NCBI GenBank assembly: GCA_030141605.1
Contig: JAQGDQ010000180.1
Coordinates: 124,001-188,000 of the forward strand
Direction of reading: 5' to 3'
DNA length: 64,000 nt
Origin: Tubiluchus corallicola
Lineage: Eukaryota > Animalia > Priapulida
Position numbers and translations under genes: made by a program. Shown piece after piece: positions 12,275-24,486 of this stretch. The notes below the pieces were generated by a model. It was not told where the DNA came from, ran no database searches, and saw nothing but the letters and a program-made list of their open reading frames with translations. The stretch's first letter is position 1, and each line of letters starts with the position of its first letter.

Positions 12275-13019
12275 CTGAAGAAGAACAAGGAATTTGAGGG
12301 AAAAGAACATAAAGAAAGAATTATAATATCTATTCACATGTTTATTATAACTTAATTTTTATCAATGGTACCAATGAAAAGTGTAGTACCAATTCAAAAT
12401 TGTAGATCCGCTTAACTTATTCGTTCGTTTGGTGGTTCACTCGTTCGTCCTTCTTTCATTCATTCACTCACTCTCTCATTCATTTGTCTTTGTACCCAAT
12501 TATTTAAAGACAAATATTTGTTCACTTAAACTTTCTTTCTGACATCGAGTGTTGTTTATGCTTGTGATAACAGCATAAAAAAAGAAAAAGAACTTTGTTT
12601 TAACTTGGGAAGTTCTGTGAAAACTTTCGTACTGTTACTTTTCCAGGCTATTCAATGATGAAATTGTGTTGTCGTTGTAACTACTACTGCAGTAAACAAA
12701 CTTGAATAAACTAAACTTAAAGGCCTGCATAACCCCAACAGACATTGAAGTTTTTTTTAACACATTAAGATTACACAAAAAATTCATAGTCGTTATTAAA
12801 CAAAAGAGACTTAAAAATTAAATAACTTACCTTTTCCTGGCGAATTTAGAACGCGTGCATTGCCGTAAAGATCGCCATGTTTCACGTCTTCCGCGCGAGT
12901 GCGCGAGAATGACGTGCGAGGTACAGAAAGTGTCCTTAGTTACCGATGTTTTTCTGCCGATCTTTGGTGACTGCACTTATTATGTCATTCGTCTCGCGCA
13001 ACGAAAATAGCCGTTCTTC

Positions 13020-13236
<217 letters not shown>

Positions 13237-14049
13237 TACTATAGTGAAGGTTTACTTTGACTTTAATTCCAAATGTTGTTTCATTTGAACTGATCCTCCT
13301 ACTGCTACTAATAATTGACTAAACACAATGGTTTCATACTTGCAATCAAGTAACAGTCTAACAGATTAGTTTGCTCAAGTCACTCAGCCTGTTTATTTCT
13401 AAAAAAACTTTTTAGTCTTCACTTCAAGTCTTGTTAGAAACAAAAGGTTCATATCCTTCAGATGGTGTTGAAAGCATGAACGTCAACAGTAGAATAAAAA
13501 ATTGAAAAAGTAACGAAAACCCAGAATGTTTTAGTACAATTATTTATTCCAAAAGTGTGCTAACAAGGTCGCTGAAAGGCGCTAGTATTTTTGTTAGATT
13601 TCACTGTAAACTTCAGCAGCATGGAGCCGTATAATAATACTACTGATATTCCATCAGGACTGTCGCGGAATTTTCCTGTTTTTAAAATAAAGAAAAGCAA
13701 ACACGAACATGGCGTCTTCCATCTGGCGATGTCCTGAGAGAAGTTGTGCTGTTTAAAAAAGCTTGGACGAAGGATATGTTAAGGTCCAGCTTGTCGCAGA
13801 AATGCGAGGAAATTTGTGTTTGCAAAAAAAATTCTGCGCGTATTATCAGTATGCGCAAGTATTAAAAGAATTGCTGGTTGTAACATGATTCGAAAAAACA
13901 TAAGAAAATCATTGAATATTTCCAATCATAAACGGTGTAATTCTTTGAACTTATTCTAAAGACTGTTGTTGTGAAGCAGAAAAGACAGTCTTCGGTATAC
14001 AGTTTCCGGAACGCTGTTAATTTTGGAATCTTTTACTATTCATTCCACT

Positions 14050-14640
14050 ATATATAAACTTTATTTACTTTAAGTGCATTGACATACAGTAATATTAGTG
14101 ATCGGAGTTTTTCCACTGTTCAACAAATACATTTTAGTTGAGAACAGATATATACAACAGGTTATCACGAATATAGTTACATAGATAGTTAGTTCAAAAA
14201 CAGAAGTAATTCATTAGTTAACACTTAAAATTGAAATATACAAAGCTCACAGAGTACAGAAGCGGTACCAGAAACAATTGTCAATGTACATCATCTTGTT
14301 AGTTATATAAAAGTATGATTGTTCAATAATTGGTGTTTAATTCAAAAATCCAAAATTCCAAATAATTCAGCTTACAATTCAACATACAATTACATGTGCA
14401 GTCAATTAGCAAAACGTTTAGTAAACTTTATATAGTTCAGCAACAATTTGAAGAGATTGGCACTGGATGGATGACCTGATCTAAGTTTATGAAAAATGTC
14501 GTTATAAATAATAGCAGGTCTAGGGTTGGCGTGTAATTCTTGAGTTATGTTTCGATAATAACAGAGCTGATCCAATAATAGTGTTCTGTGCATGTCATAG
14601 TTTGAACACTCAAAAAATAATGGCGGGGGGGGGACCCTCA
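14050..14640 (-). mobile_element. 3' remnant of a non-LTR retrotransposon
   Basis: FFECSNYDMHR...LRSGHPSSANLFKLLLNYIKFTKRF resembles LINE ORF2 C-termini; an AT-rich 3' UTR follows. Confidence 0.6.
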
Positions 14641-15281
14641 GTCGAATTGTTACATCTACATGAAGGGTCATCGATTATATTCCAGGAAAACAGTTCTGGA
14701 TTCATTCCACTAAGTGTAAGCGTGGTTTCGTCGATATATTATACCTGTATTATTAGATAAATCCTGCCTGTTGACTAGCTGGCGCTGTAATCTATGGATC
14801 CAACATTTTGTATATTTAATGTAGGTCGCTATAAAATTGTATATGGGCTTTTTAGAAATCATAGCAATTTTCCCGGTGTATCATCACTATTTTGCAAACA
14901 ATGCTTACTTTCTCTTTTCTCTTTAATTCCTTTAACCGTGACTGCTTGCATCCTTGTAAAAAAATTCTGCGTTATTGCGTAACGAGAGATTACTTTCTTA
15001 TAACCAAAATATTCTTGCATTTATTCTATAACTCAGAATAAAATTTTTGTTTCCAAAATACTTCCCTTTTCTAACAAAAATACCTTTCCTTTCCTCATCT
15101 CCTCTTCTTCATTCTTGTCATTTGAAAGGCTCTCTAGATTCTAGGATTTTTTCCTACAAGCTGTACTTTAATTATGGGTCTTATTATTCGTTTTATTCCA
15201 AGTCGCTTACACGGTGCGCGTAAGGCGTATCTATGAGCGTTAATACAATCCATCAAAGAATATTTCTGCTTATGCATATCC

Positions 15282-15432
15282 GGAAGGTGTTTACAATTCC
15301 CTACACAATTTAAATCCCCTAACTCAAACCCGGACCCTAACCCTATCCCTCACTCTAACCTCAACCCTAACCCTAATTTTAATCCGCTTTACGAACTAAT
15401 TTCTTGTGTGTGGGGAATTGTAAATTTTAGCC
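15282..15432. mobile_element. 151-bp TIR element with 8-bp TSD enclosing degenerate (CCCTAA)n
   Basis: GCATATCC at 15274-15281 and 15433-15440; GG...CC ends; inverted repeat TTTACAATTCCCTACACA/TGTGTGGGGAATTGTAAA. Confidence 0.7.
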
Positions 15433-15837
15433 GCATATCCATAAAAATAAGTTAGCGTTAGTTAGCAAATAAGCAGAATTAAAAACAACAATACATAAAA
15501 ACTGCATTGAATTGACATACACGAAGTTACATATCGTGAACTGGACACGATAACGATAAATTATGTCAGATACTGTCAGGCGATATTTATTTAAAAGAAA
15601 CTGCCAAAACCTGCCACCTAATCCTGGAAAGAAGGTATATATATATATATATGTTTTAATATTTTTAATGTGTTTTAATGTTTGTTTAATCACTGTTTTA
15701 ATTTGTAAGTAAAATGATTGTCTTTAATGATTTCTAAGATGTCTCGTAACTGTGTCGATAGAGTGGCTTTTATTTTACTGTAACTGTGCGTACTTAAATT
15801 TAAATTGTTGTAAAATAAAAGGTGACAATATAATAAA

Positions 15838-15916
15838 CTAACTACACTACACTACACTACACTACACTACACTACACTACACTACACTACACTACACTAC
15901 ACTACACTACACTACA
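15838..15916. repeat. (ACTAC)n pentanucleotide microsatellite
   Basis: Seen directly. Confidence 0.98.
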
Positions 15917-16176
15917 CATGCTCTGAGACCCTTAAAATTCACAGTGGACTACAGTACCCTACGCTAAACAGTATCATAAATTTTCTCTATAATCCCCTAC
16001 ACTGCTATAAGCGGTGATACCCAGATGTCCAAACAACATGTGGAGTGTCATCTGAAATTCGACAAGTATGTAGCTGCCGCATGTCCATATGCTCTCTAAG
16101 CAGTAAAAACATCACCGTTAAGACAAAATGAAGGTTTCCTTATCTCTGGTTATTTCGCGTCCGTCTAAAAGGTGGT

Positions 16177-16178
<2 letters not shown>

Positions 16179-16260
<82 letters not shown>

Positions 16261-16365
16261 CTCTCTCTCTCCTCTCCTCTCCCTCTCTCGCTCTCCGTCT
16301 CCCCCCTCTCTCTCGCTCTCCCACTCCCCCTCTCTCTCGCTCTCCCACTCCCCCCTTCTCTCTCG

Positions 16366-16400
<35 letters not shown>

Positions 16401-16410
16401 TATATATATA
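16179..16410. repeat. (CT)n polypyrimidine microsatellite
   Basis: Seen directly. Confidence 0.98.
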
Positions 16411-17812
16411 GACATCTACTTTGCACTATAACCATTTAGGAAAGTAATTTTTTCCTTCAGGTATTAAACTTTTAATTACATATGTATTACCCATTGTTTC
16501 ATTTGTTAAACAGTTTCGTTCTGCGCACGCGAAGTTACTGTAGGTCAAAGGTTAAGTGTACCACAGCAACGCTCCATAACTACAGCCGTCACGTGACGTG
16601 CGGGTAAAGCCAAGCTGTCTGCTGCATCAGTTCAGCAACTTCAGCTGTTTTACGTGGTTTCCTTAATTAGTCTGTGTGGGTTCTTGCATGGGAACAAGAT
16701 GCAAATGAACTAGAGGTTCTATAGCATTCGTCCCTTTTCTTAATTAGTATTACAATAGCATGGGCTGTGAGGCATTGTCAAGTGTACACAAATGTGTTGT
16801 CCGACACCCTTAACCTTTGACCTTTTCACGATCATCATCAATCGCTGGAACTGTGAAAAGGCTTATTAACATTTTTTACAAGACGAACGCAAACCATTCA
16901 TCCTAATAATTGTAGCGAATGTATTTTAATTCAGATTTTTTTCGTTTGTTAAACTTTCTTTACTCATCGAAACAAGGAAAGGGGTATTGCAAGTGTGAGC
17001 TACCGGATGAGCACGTAGAATCTCTGCTATTATGGCGGAAGTCAGTTAATACGTGGACGTCTGCATAGTGCTGCGCCCAGTTTTGTTTACTGTTAACCCT
17101 TGCACCAGAAATATATAAGTTCAGCTGAAATCTGGCAAAGTCATTTAGGTCACAGAAGCTTATATACTTACTGAACTTCTCTTAATAATGATGCGGGATT
17201 TTGAAGGAAATGAAACACTGAATAACTTATTGCTAAAGAACAAATCTGTTTTCTTAAAATAGGTTTCTAACCAGAGCGCCCCAAGCAAAGCAAGGTACCG
17301 CTCAAGAAAGCCTTGGAAAACTAGATTTACGATAGCTGCTTTGCTAGCGACCAAATGTATCTTTTCACACTTTTCTTGTAGCAAATGCGTACATGTGTAG
17401 CAAATTATAATTATAGTAACGAAATAATCTCGTGGCAAAGTACGTATTCCGCAAAGAAGAGTCCCGAAGGAAAAGACAGAATTTACAAACGGCCATCATG
17501 CATCTTGGAAAATTACGAGAAAACAGCAGTAACAGTGTATAGAAAAACCACTAAATAAAGTTACAATTACTAGACATTGGAAATTCTTAAAACCCTGGTC
17601 AAATTTTGACTGATAAGTCTGTTAATTTTTCACTCAGTAAGTAGCCGTGTAATCATTATGATAAAATACCACCGCCAGTCTTATAGTTTTAGTTCCACAT
17701 AATCCAATAAATCTTGTGAGCTTTAAGCTCACAATACTGACTATTAGAGCTATAATCCAATAGACTAGGTTAAATCATTTACAGAAGTAGATGCTACAGA
17801 ACACAAACTTAA

Positions 17813-18373
17813 AGGAAACGTCAAGCCTTCTAGGAGGTTAGGCTTATTTCAATGTTCGCGAAAAAAAATGTTAGAAGGATTTGTAATAAAACTACAATAA
17901 ACGCCTCGTGTAATTAGTAAAATCGCTTTAAAGTCGCGATCACTTCATGCTTGAGCGCTCCTATTTTCAATACCCATTCTTCTTCCAATGACGTCATTCG
18001 TCTTGAGGAAAAGTAGAGCACTGTCAATCTTCATCAAAAGTACAATGAGTTTTTATAAAAAAAGTTGCATAGTTAGTTTTGTAATATTTTTGTGTGAACA
18101 TTAGGCAAGCTGCAGAAGTTTGAATTAGTTTAAGCAGTGCGCCCTTACGGAAAACAACGACGCGCTTACGAAAAGCCTCGAAGTCTCCCTTTTACGTCAT
18201 AATTTTCAAGTTAATGGCGGCAACCACCACGTCTGAAAATTTCTATCCAGACGTAGTTTATTTTAGATTTATGCTTTAGAGAAAGTTTTTTGCAAATTTC
18301 TCTGTTATATTTTTCTAAGTTTAAGTGATAACAGTAAAATAAACCCAACATACTGAGTGACTTGTTCTTTCCT
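17813..18373. mobile_element. TTAA-flanked (Kolobok-like) MITE ~95 bp downstream of the RBM24 exon 2 donor
   Basis: TTAA|AGGAAACGTCAAG...CTTGTTCTTTCCT|TTAA. Confidence 0.6.
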
Positions 18374-18467
18374 TTAAACGAAAACTCCAGTGATGCTGGT
18401 AGGTTACGATTCACGTTATCTTAATTAAGATGAAACTATTAATTAATAAGAAGGAAGTGATACTTAC

Positions 18468-18594
18468 GCGCTGTTGCGTTACCTCGAGGCTTTGCTCCAA
18501 TATACGCTAAATTTACGTTTGCTTTTCTACCGTCTATTATAGGATTTGGATCTTTACAAGCTCGCTCTGCTGCCGTCCTGTCCACCATGGTTAC
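18468..18594 (-). CDS. RBM24: RBM24/RBM38 coding exon 2 (C-terminal half of the RRM); absent from the ORF track
   Basis: tttcag|GTAACCATG...GCGC|gtaagt translates to [42 protein letters not shown] plus 1 nt, the canonical continuation of exon 1. Length 127 nt, phase 0 to 1. Intron 1 is 18595-44114. Confidence 0.96.
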
Positions 18595-18619
18595 CTGAAA
18601 CACATGAACAGCTTTGAGA

Positions 18620-20130
18620 AAAATGCTTGAAAAAAATACAATTTCTAGAGCAACTAGGATAGTTCCAGAGATAAGTGAACTGGCTTATGAGGAGCGTCAA
18701 AAGGCTTTAGAGTTGTTTAGTATGCAGTACAGACAGTTCCGAGGTGATATGATTGAAGTGTACAAGTTTACACATGGAATGTACAGTATGCATGTTGAGA
18801 TCCTGCAAAGAGGTACAGACAAGTCCGAGGTGATATGATGGAAGTGTACAAGTTTACACCTGGAATGTACAGTATGCATGCTGAGATCCTGTGAAGAGGT
18901 ACAGACAGATCCGAGGTGATACGATGGAAGTGTACAAGTTTACACCTGGAATGTACAGTATGCATGCTGAGATCCTGTGAAGAGGTACAGACAAGTCCGA
19001 GGTGATACGATGGAAGTGTACAAGTTTACACCTGGAATGTACAGTATGCATGCTGAGATTTGTGGGGTGGGTGGGTGTGTGGTGTGTTTTGGTGTGTTGT
19101 GTGGTTGTGGGGTGGTGGGTGTGTGGAAGTGTACAAGTTTACACCTGGAATGTACAGTATGCATGCTGAGATCCTGTGAAGAGGTACAGACAGGTCCGAG
19201 GTGATACGATGGAAGTGTACAAGTTTACACCTGGAATGTACAGTATGCATGCTGAGATCCTGTGAAGAGGTACAGACAGGTCCGAGGTGATACGATGGAA
19301 TCGTACAAGTTTACACCTGGAATGTACAGTATGCATGCTGAGATCCTGCAAAGAGGTACAGGCAGGTCCGAGGTGATACGATGGAAGTGTACAAGTTTAC
19401 ACCTGGAATGTACAGTATGCATGCTGAGATACTGCAAAGAGGTACAGACAGGTCTGAGGTGATATGATGGAAGTGTACAAGTTTACACCTGGAATGTACA
19501 GTGTGCATGCTGAGATACTGCAAAGAGGTACAGACAGGTCTGAGGTGATATGATGGAAGTGTACAAGTTTACACCTGGAATGTACAGTATGCATGCTGAG
19601 ATACTGCAAAGAGGTACAGACAGGTCTGAGGTGATATGATAGAAGTGTACAAGTTTCCACCTGGGATGTACAGTATGCATACTGAGATCCTGCAAAGAGG
19701 TACGACAGGTCTGAGGTGATATGATGGAAGTGTAAGTTTACACATGGAACTGTACAGTATGCATGCTGAGATCCTGCAAAGAGGTACAGACAGGTCTGAG
19801 GTAATATGACAGAAGTATTCAGGTTCACACATGGAATGTACAGTATTCATGCTGAGATCCTTAAGAGAGATTATTATACAAAAACTAGCGGACATTCGTA
19901 CAAGTTAAACAAAGGGTACAGTCGCACAGCTACACGACACAGCTTCTTCAGTTTGAGTGTTGAAACACCCTCCCCCCTGACAATGTAGTCTCTGCAAACT
20001 CCGTAACCTCTTTTAATAGCAAGCTAGATGATATATGGCTGAAATACCGATACAGATTTCTGTGTCACCCAGAAATTTTTAAAAGTGCTGACAGTTATGA
20101 TCGGTCAACAGGCAGAGATGTCTAACATCC
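18620..20130 (+). mobile_element. 5'-truncated CR1-group LINE (ORF2 C-terminus plus 3' UTR) interrupted by an internal tandem array
   Basis: [41 protein letters not shown], then TSGHSYKL..RHSFFS..PDNVVSANSVTSFNSKLDDIW: typical CR1 ORF2 tail motifs. Confidence 0.88.
18729..19860. repeat. 86-bp minisatellite (~13 copies) derived from CR1 ORF2
   Basis: Unit GAAGTGTACAAGTTTACACCTGGAATGTACAGTATGCATGCTGAGATCCTG...GAGGTGATAYGATG. The 86-bp period is also visible in the ORF-track coordinates. Confidence 0.95.
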
Positions 20131-20575
20131 AGGACACCTCGGAGCTGGAAAAAATCGTCCCTTATATCCGATGTCCCTGATAACCGAAGTTGAGTCAGAC
20201 CGAGGGTGTATCTAGATCTGTACTTTTCTGTACTTTTACCCAAAATTTTATGTATTATTGCTACACATTCAGTGCAAACGGTATGTAGGAAGCTCCTTCA
20301 GTGATGGGAGATGTAGTGACCGCGGAAACCGAGCTGTTCAAAGGCCGAGTTTACGAAAAATTGAGGCAAAAATCGATCAATTTCGCTTTGATCATATGGT
20401 CCCTTATACGCGAGGTAATTTACCTGGGTTTCTATTACGCGGGACCTGAAAATATCGTTCCTTATATCTGAGTACCTTGTATACGAAGATTTTTACATAG
20501 GAAAAACGTTACGAAAAAACGGGATCGGTGTTGGTGGTCCCTTATAAGCGAGTACCTTATACCCGAGGTTGACTG
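20131..20575 (-). mobile_element. Third, inverted copy of the CAGTCAACCTCGG MITE (one end truncated) at the CR1 3' end
   Basis: Ends CCTTATACCCGAGGTTGACTG|TA; reverse complement of 51877-52340. Confidence 0.85.
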
Positions 20576-21277
20576 TATTAATCTATAGCAATCTAGTAAC
20601 GTCAGCAGAAGAGATGCGTGCTTGAAAAATTTCTAAATTTAGTGAAAGTTAAAAAGGTGACCTACTCGAACTGACCTGTTCGTTCACAGTGAAGGAAAAT
20701 AAAAGTTTATATTGAAATGGCAGGATGTTACAAGTTTGATAAATATACCACAATATCGCCGAATTTTGTATCATTTTTATTAAAGGAAAATCAAAACGTT
20801 TAGCACAGCACTAAGCAAACATCTTTAGGTCAAGCAGCACAGAAGATAACTGTTAGTCTGAAGCGGAAAAGTTGTGATTCTTTTTGATAAAAAGAGATAT
20901 TCCTATTATATTATGGAGGGTATTTATCAAACTGAAGCTATTCTTGCTATTAAGACTTTGAAAACTATCATTTTGAGTAATAAAGAAGGTGTTTTATGTA
21001 TTGTAAGCTTAAGCTAAATCACCTGCAAATTCTTAGCTACAAAATCTAAATATGTCCAAGAAACTGGCAACTTCTGTGAGTCTGGAGTTATATGAACAAT
21101 TTTCATTCAGGAAAGTTTGTTTCTCGTTGTATTTCGTCTGCTTCTAACGTGACCTTGTTAAGCCATAAAATTGTAAAACTTCTTCAATTTTCAGTCTTAA
21201 TGAAGCCAGGTTTTCTAAGAAACGACTTCACGTTCGTTCAGTAAACTTCTGAGCTTTCTGGGTTTTAATGTAGCGCT

Positions 21278-21965
21278 TTAAAGGACAAGAAAAGGGGTAC
21301 CTGAAGTAGGTTTAAAAATCGCCTTAAAATTGTATTACTTTACAGCAACTTTATGCGCTTATACTCGCGTTGAAAGGATTTTTTGTTTGTTTTCATTTTA
21401 AATTTTCCACAATACTGTTCAGACCCCGCCATTACATGACGTCATATACGCACAACGTAAATCAGGGCAAGAAAAGGAAATGTTAAACAATGTCAAAAAA
21501 ACTTTCCATGCAAAGTTGTATTACTTAACATGTCGCTAACCTGCCTGAAAGACTTATGTAAATAGAAAAGAAAATTTTTAATTATTTAATATGTTTTCAC
21601 CAATTGGTAAAATGTCGCTGACTCACTCCCCAGGGTGCACCACTCACTAACCAAAAATCGTATTTTTAATCTTATTGACAAGGTACTGTTTTTTTTAAAT
21701 TTTACTTAGTTAATGACGTGAGTGCTACGAATGCTCTGATTATTTTTTCAAACTTTACACAATGTTATCTAAACTTGTTTAAAATGACTTATCGTCAAAA
21801 TGGCTGCGTCTAAAGGTCATCACTGGAGTTTAAATTTACATGTTTTATACAGCGTTACTGCCGACGCAAGTCCTGTACGTAAAAAGGGCAGTACGTAAGT
21901 GTTATAAAATTTCACGATGAATTTATTAAACTTTATGCAAGTGGAGCGTTTTTCTTGTGCTTTAA
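21278..21965 (+). mobile_element. Dispersed DNA-element family (TTAAAGGACAAGAAAAGGGG start); copies at ~10442-10975 (+), ~58235-58600 (-) and ~63415-64000 (-)
   Basis: Shared blocks such as CGCCATTACATGACGTCA, AATCTTATTGACAAG and AAAATGGCTGCG recur among the four loci. Confidence 0.8.
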
Positions 21966-23418
21966 GTGGTCCACTAGCGAACGTGACCTTGGTAAACCGT
22001 GAAACTTCTTCAATTTTCAAAGACTTAATGAAGCCAGGTTTTCTAAGAAGCCACTTTGCATTCATTCGGTAAATTTCCGAAATTTTTCGGTCTTAATGTG
22101 GCGCTTTAAATCTCAATGTCAGTCCCTTAATCAGCAGGTCAGCAGCTCCAGTACTGACATCAATAATCCCCCATTTCCACATCTCGTGTTTTGAGAAGCA
22201 GTCTGTTTATGTGGGATTATTTTGCTAGGCTGGGGCCGCAGCAGGTGACAACTAACGCTGCCGGCATGCGGTGCAGCCCAGAGTCGCACGCACGCACTAA
22301 ATACCAGCAGACCCCGGTTACTCAAAACAGAAGTATATTCTTTCTCTACTGGCCGTATTTAGGAATATGTATCCTAGCGGAGCAACCATGCGCCCAGTCC
22401 TGTAATATCTCACAAGAATTGATGACAAAAGTGCAAGTTTATTGCCAAAACGACTTTATCCTTGTTTAACTAATCACCATCATCAAGTTGATAGTTAATG
22501 CACGGATGGAAGCGCCCCCTATCGTTTGATCTATGCGACTTTACAACCAGTAGCTATATACACGCTAGGATCTGCTGGTGTCGTTTTCGTCGTTTCGGAT
22601 CTTTGTGACAAGTATGAGATTTCCGCCAAGGGTCAACCACATTAACTTGAGGATGACCAGTTTTGCCAGTCTGAGTTTTTAATTATTTCAACATGGGAAC
22701 TCGACTCCCCGGCTTTCAATGGCTTCTTTCCACAGTGGAAACAGACTTGATGAAACGCAGAGTTTCTGCTCTTGGGTGTGAGTGAGTCAGAATTATAAGC
22801 AACTTTGCTGCAGCAACTTTGGGTTTATACGCAAAGTTTTAGACACAAAAATCTTAGTGAAACAAAAATGTTGTGTCTAATTTAAATTTCGTAGAATCAG
22901 CTTAGATCTTCAGGATGCGTATAAGTAAGTTGGAACAGTAAACAGTTTTGTGGTCTGTCATTGCAGAATGTGGACAAATGTCAGATGCAATGGTTTAATT
23001 AACTACCACACTTATTTGTATCAAAAGTGCCAGTTTTTTAAGGAAAACAGCAATAAATGGTTTAATTCTTTTATAACTCTTATTACCAGTTTTTTGTGGC
23101 ATGTGCCAGGCTGACGAGAATGTACAAATAAACAAGAATGTAGCGAAGCCAGAGTTGAACATGTGCCAGGCCGTGGGAAACACCGTCACTGGCGTTTGTT
23201 GCAGTTTACAAAATACAAGTACACGGTGAACATCGTAAAAGTTTGTCATGCACTTACATATCAACATTAATCATTTTGCGCATTCTACTGCGCAAGCATT
23301 GCACTGATCTTCATTTACATACTAATTATATTAGGCGACAGTACTAGTATATTTATTGTAGTTAATTAGAGGGTATGCGAGCTTGTGTGCGTGTTGGCCT
23401 TACTCCTGCCTAGTCTTA

Positions 23419-23750
23419 GGCCCGTTTCACACTGAGGACGCAAGGAAAAATGACGCACGGAATTGCTGTCAGAAAATCGGAAATTTTTTGATTTTTTTGT
23501 CGAAATCTCAGGCAGCAAAAGGTTCATTTCACAATGAAACCGCGCGTCCAGTTAGCTGCAGCTCCTTTGCAAGTTTTATACTGTATAATCATGTCTAAAT
23601 TACGTTATACTTATCGTATTTCTCATATACAACGTAAAATTAATTATGTTAGTCAATGTAATGTCAGACCTGTTCGTTTTTTAGTAAGGTTCTACGAACC
23701 ACTTCAAAATATGAAAATATATACAAATAAAATAAATATATTATTAGATA
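23419..23750 (+). mobile_element. Truncated copy of the PIF/Harbinger-like element
   Basis: TTA|GGCCCGTTTCACACTGAGGA, colinear with 7551-8200 but with a single copy of the 42-bp unit. Confidence 0.75.
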
Positions 23751-23767
23751 TTAAATACATTATTTTT

Positions 23768-24486
23768 CTATAAGCTAGTTCCAGTAAGAATTGTTTCAAT
23801 TCTATAAGCTAGTTCCAGTAAGAATTCTTTTAATTCTATAAGCTAGTTCCAGTAAGAATTGTTTTAATTCCGTAAACTAGTTCCGGCATGAATTGTTTTA
23901 ATTCCATAAGCTAGGTCCGGTAAGAATTGTTTTAATTCCATAAGCTAGTTCCGGTAAGAATTGTTTTAATTCCATAAGCTAGGTCCGGTAAGAAGTGTTT
24001 TAATTCCATAAGCTAGTTCCGGTAAGAATTGTTTTAATTCCATAAGCTAGTTCCAGTAAGCATTCTTTTAATTCTATAAGCTAGTTCTAGTAAGAATTGT
24101 TTTAATCCCGTAAACTAGTTCCAGTATGAATTGTTTTAATTCCATAAGCTAGGTCCGGTAAGAATTGTTTTAATTCCATAAGCTAGTTCCGGTAAGACTT
24201 GTTTTAATTCCATAAGCTAGTTCCAGTAAGAATTGTTTTATTCCGTAAACTAGTTCCGGTAAGAATTGTTTTAATTCCATAAGCTAGTTCCAATAAGAAT
24301 TGTTTTAATTCCATAAGCTAGTTCCAGTAAGAATTGTTTTAATTCCATAAGCTAGTTCTAGTAAGAATTGTTTTAATTCTATAAGCTAGTTCCAGTAAGA
24401 ATTTTTTAATTCCATAAGCTAGTTCCAGTAAGAATTGTTTTAATTCCATAAGCTAGTTCCAGTAAGAATTGTTTTAATTCTATAAC
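23768..24486. repeat. 34-bp minisatellite, about 21 copies
   Basis: Unit TTCCATAAGCTAGTTCCAGTAAGAATTGTTTTAA, head-to-tail. Confidence 0.95.

Noticed and set aside
15318-15376. True telomere or chromosome-fusion scar
   Set aside because: Short, degenerate and enclosed in a TIR element.
18614-19988. Stack of ~65-140 aa ORFs as a repeat-protein gene
   Set aside because: The 86-bp unit is not a multiple of 3; these are frame-shifting products of the array.
22878-22916. Hammerhead-like CTGAAGA...GAAA on the minus strand (similar weak hits near 26943, 49407 and 57976)
   Set aside because: Stems I and II do not pair convincingly and no partner arm was found.
23768-24486. 34-bp (and 42-bp, 86-bp) repeats as CRISPR arrays
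   Set aside because: Units are head-to-tail with no unique spacers, there are no cas genes, and the context is eukaryotic.
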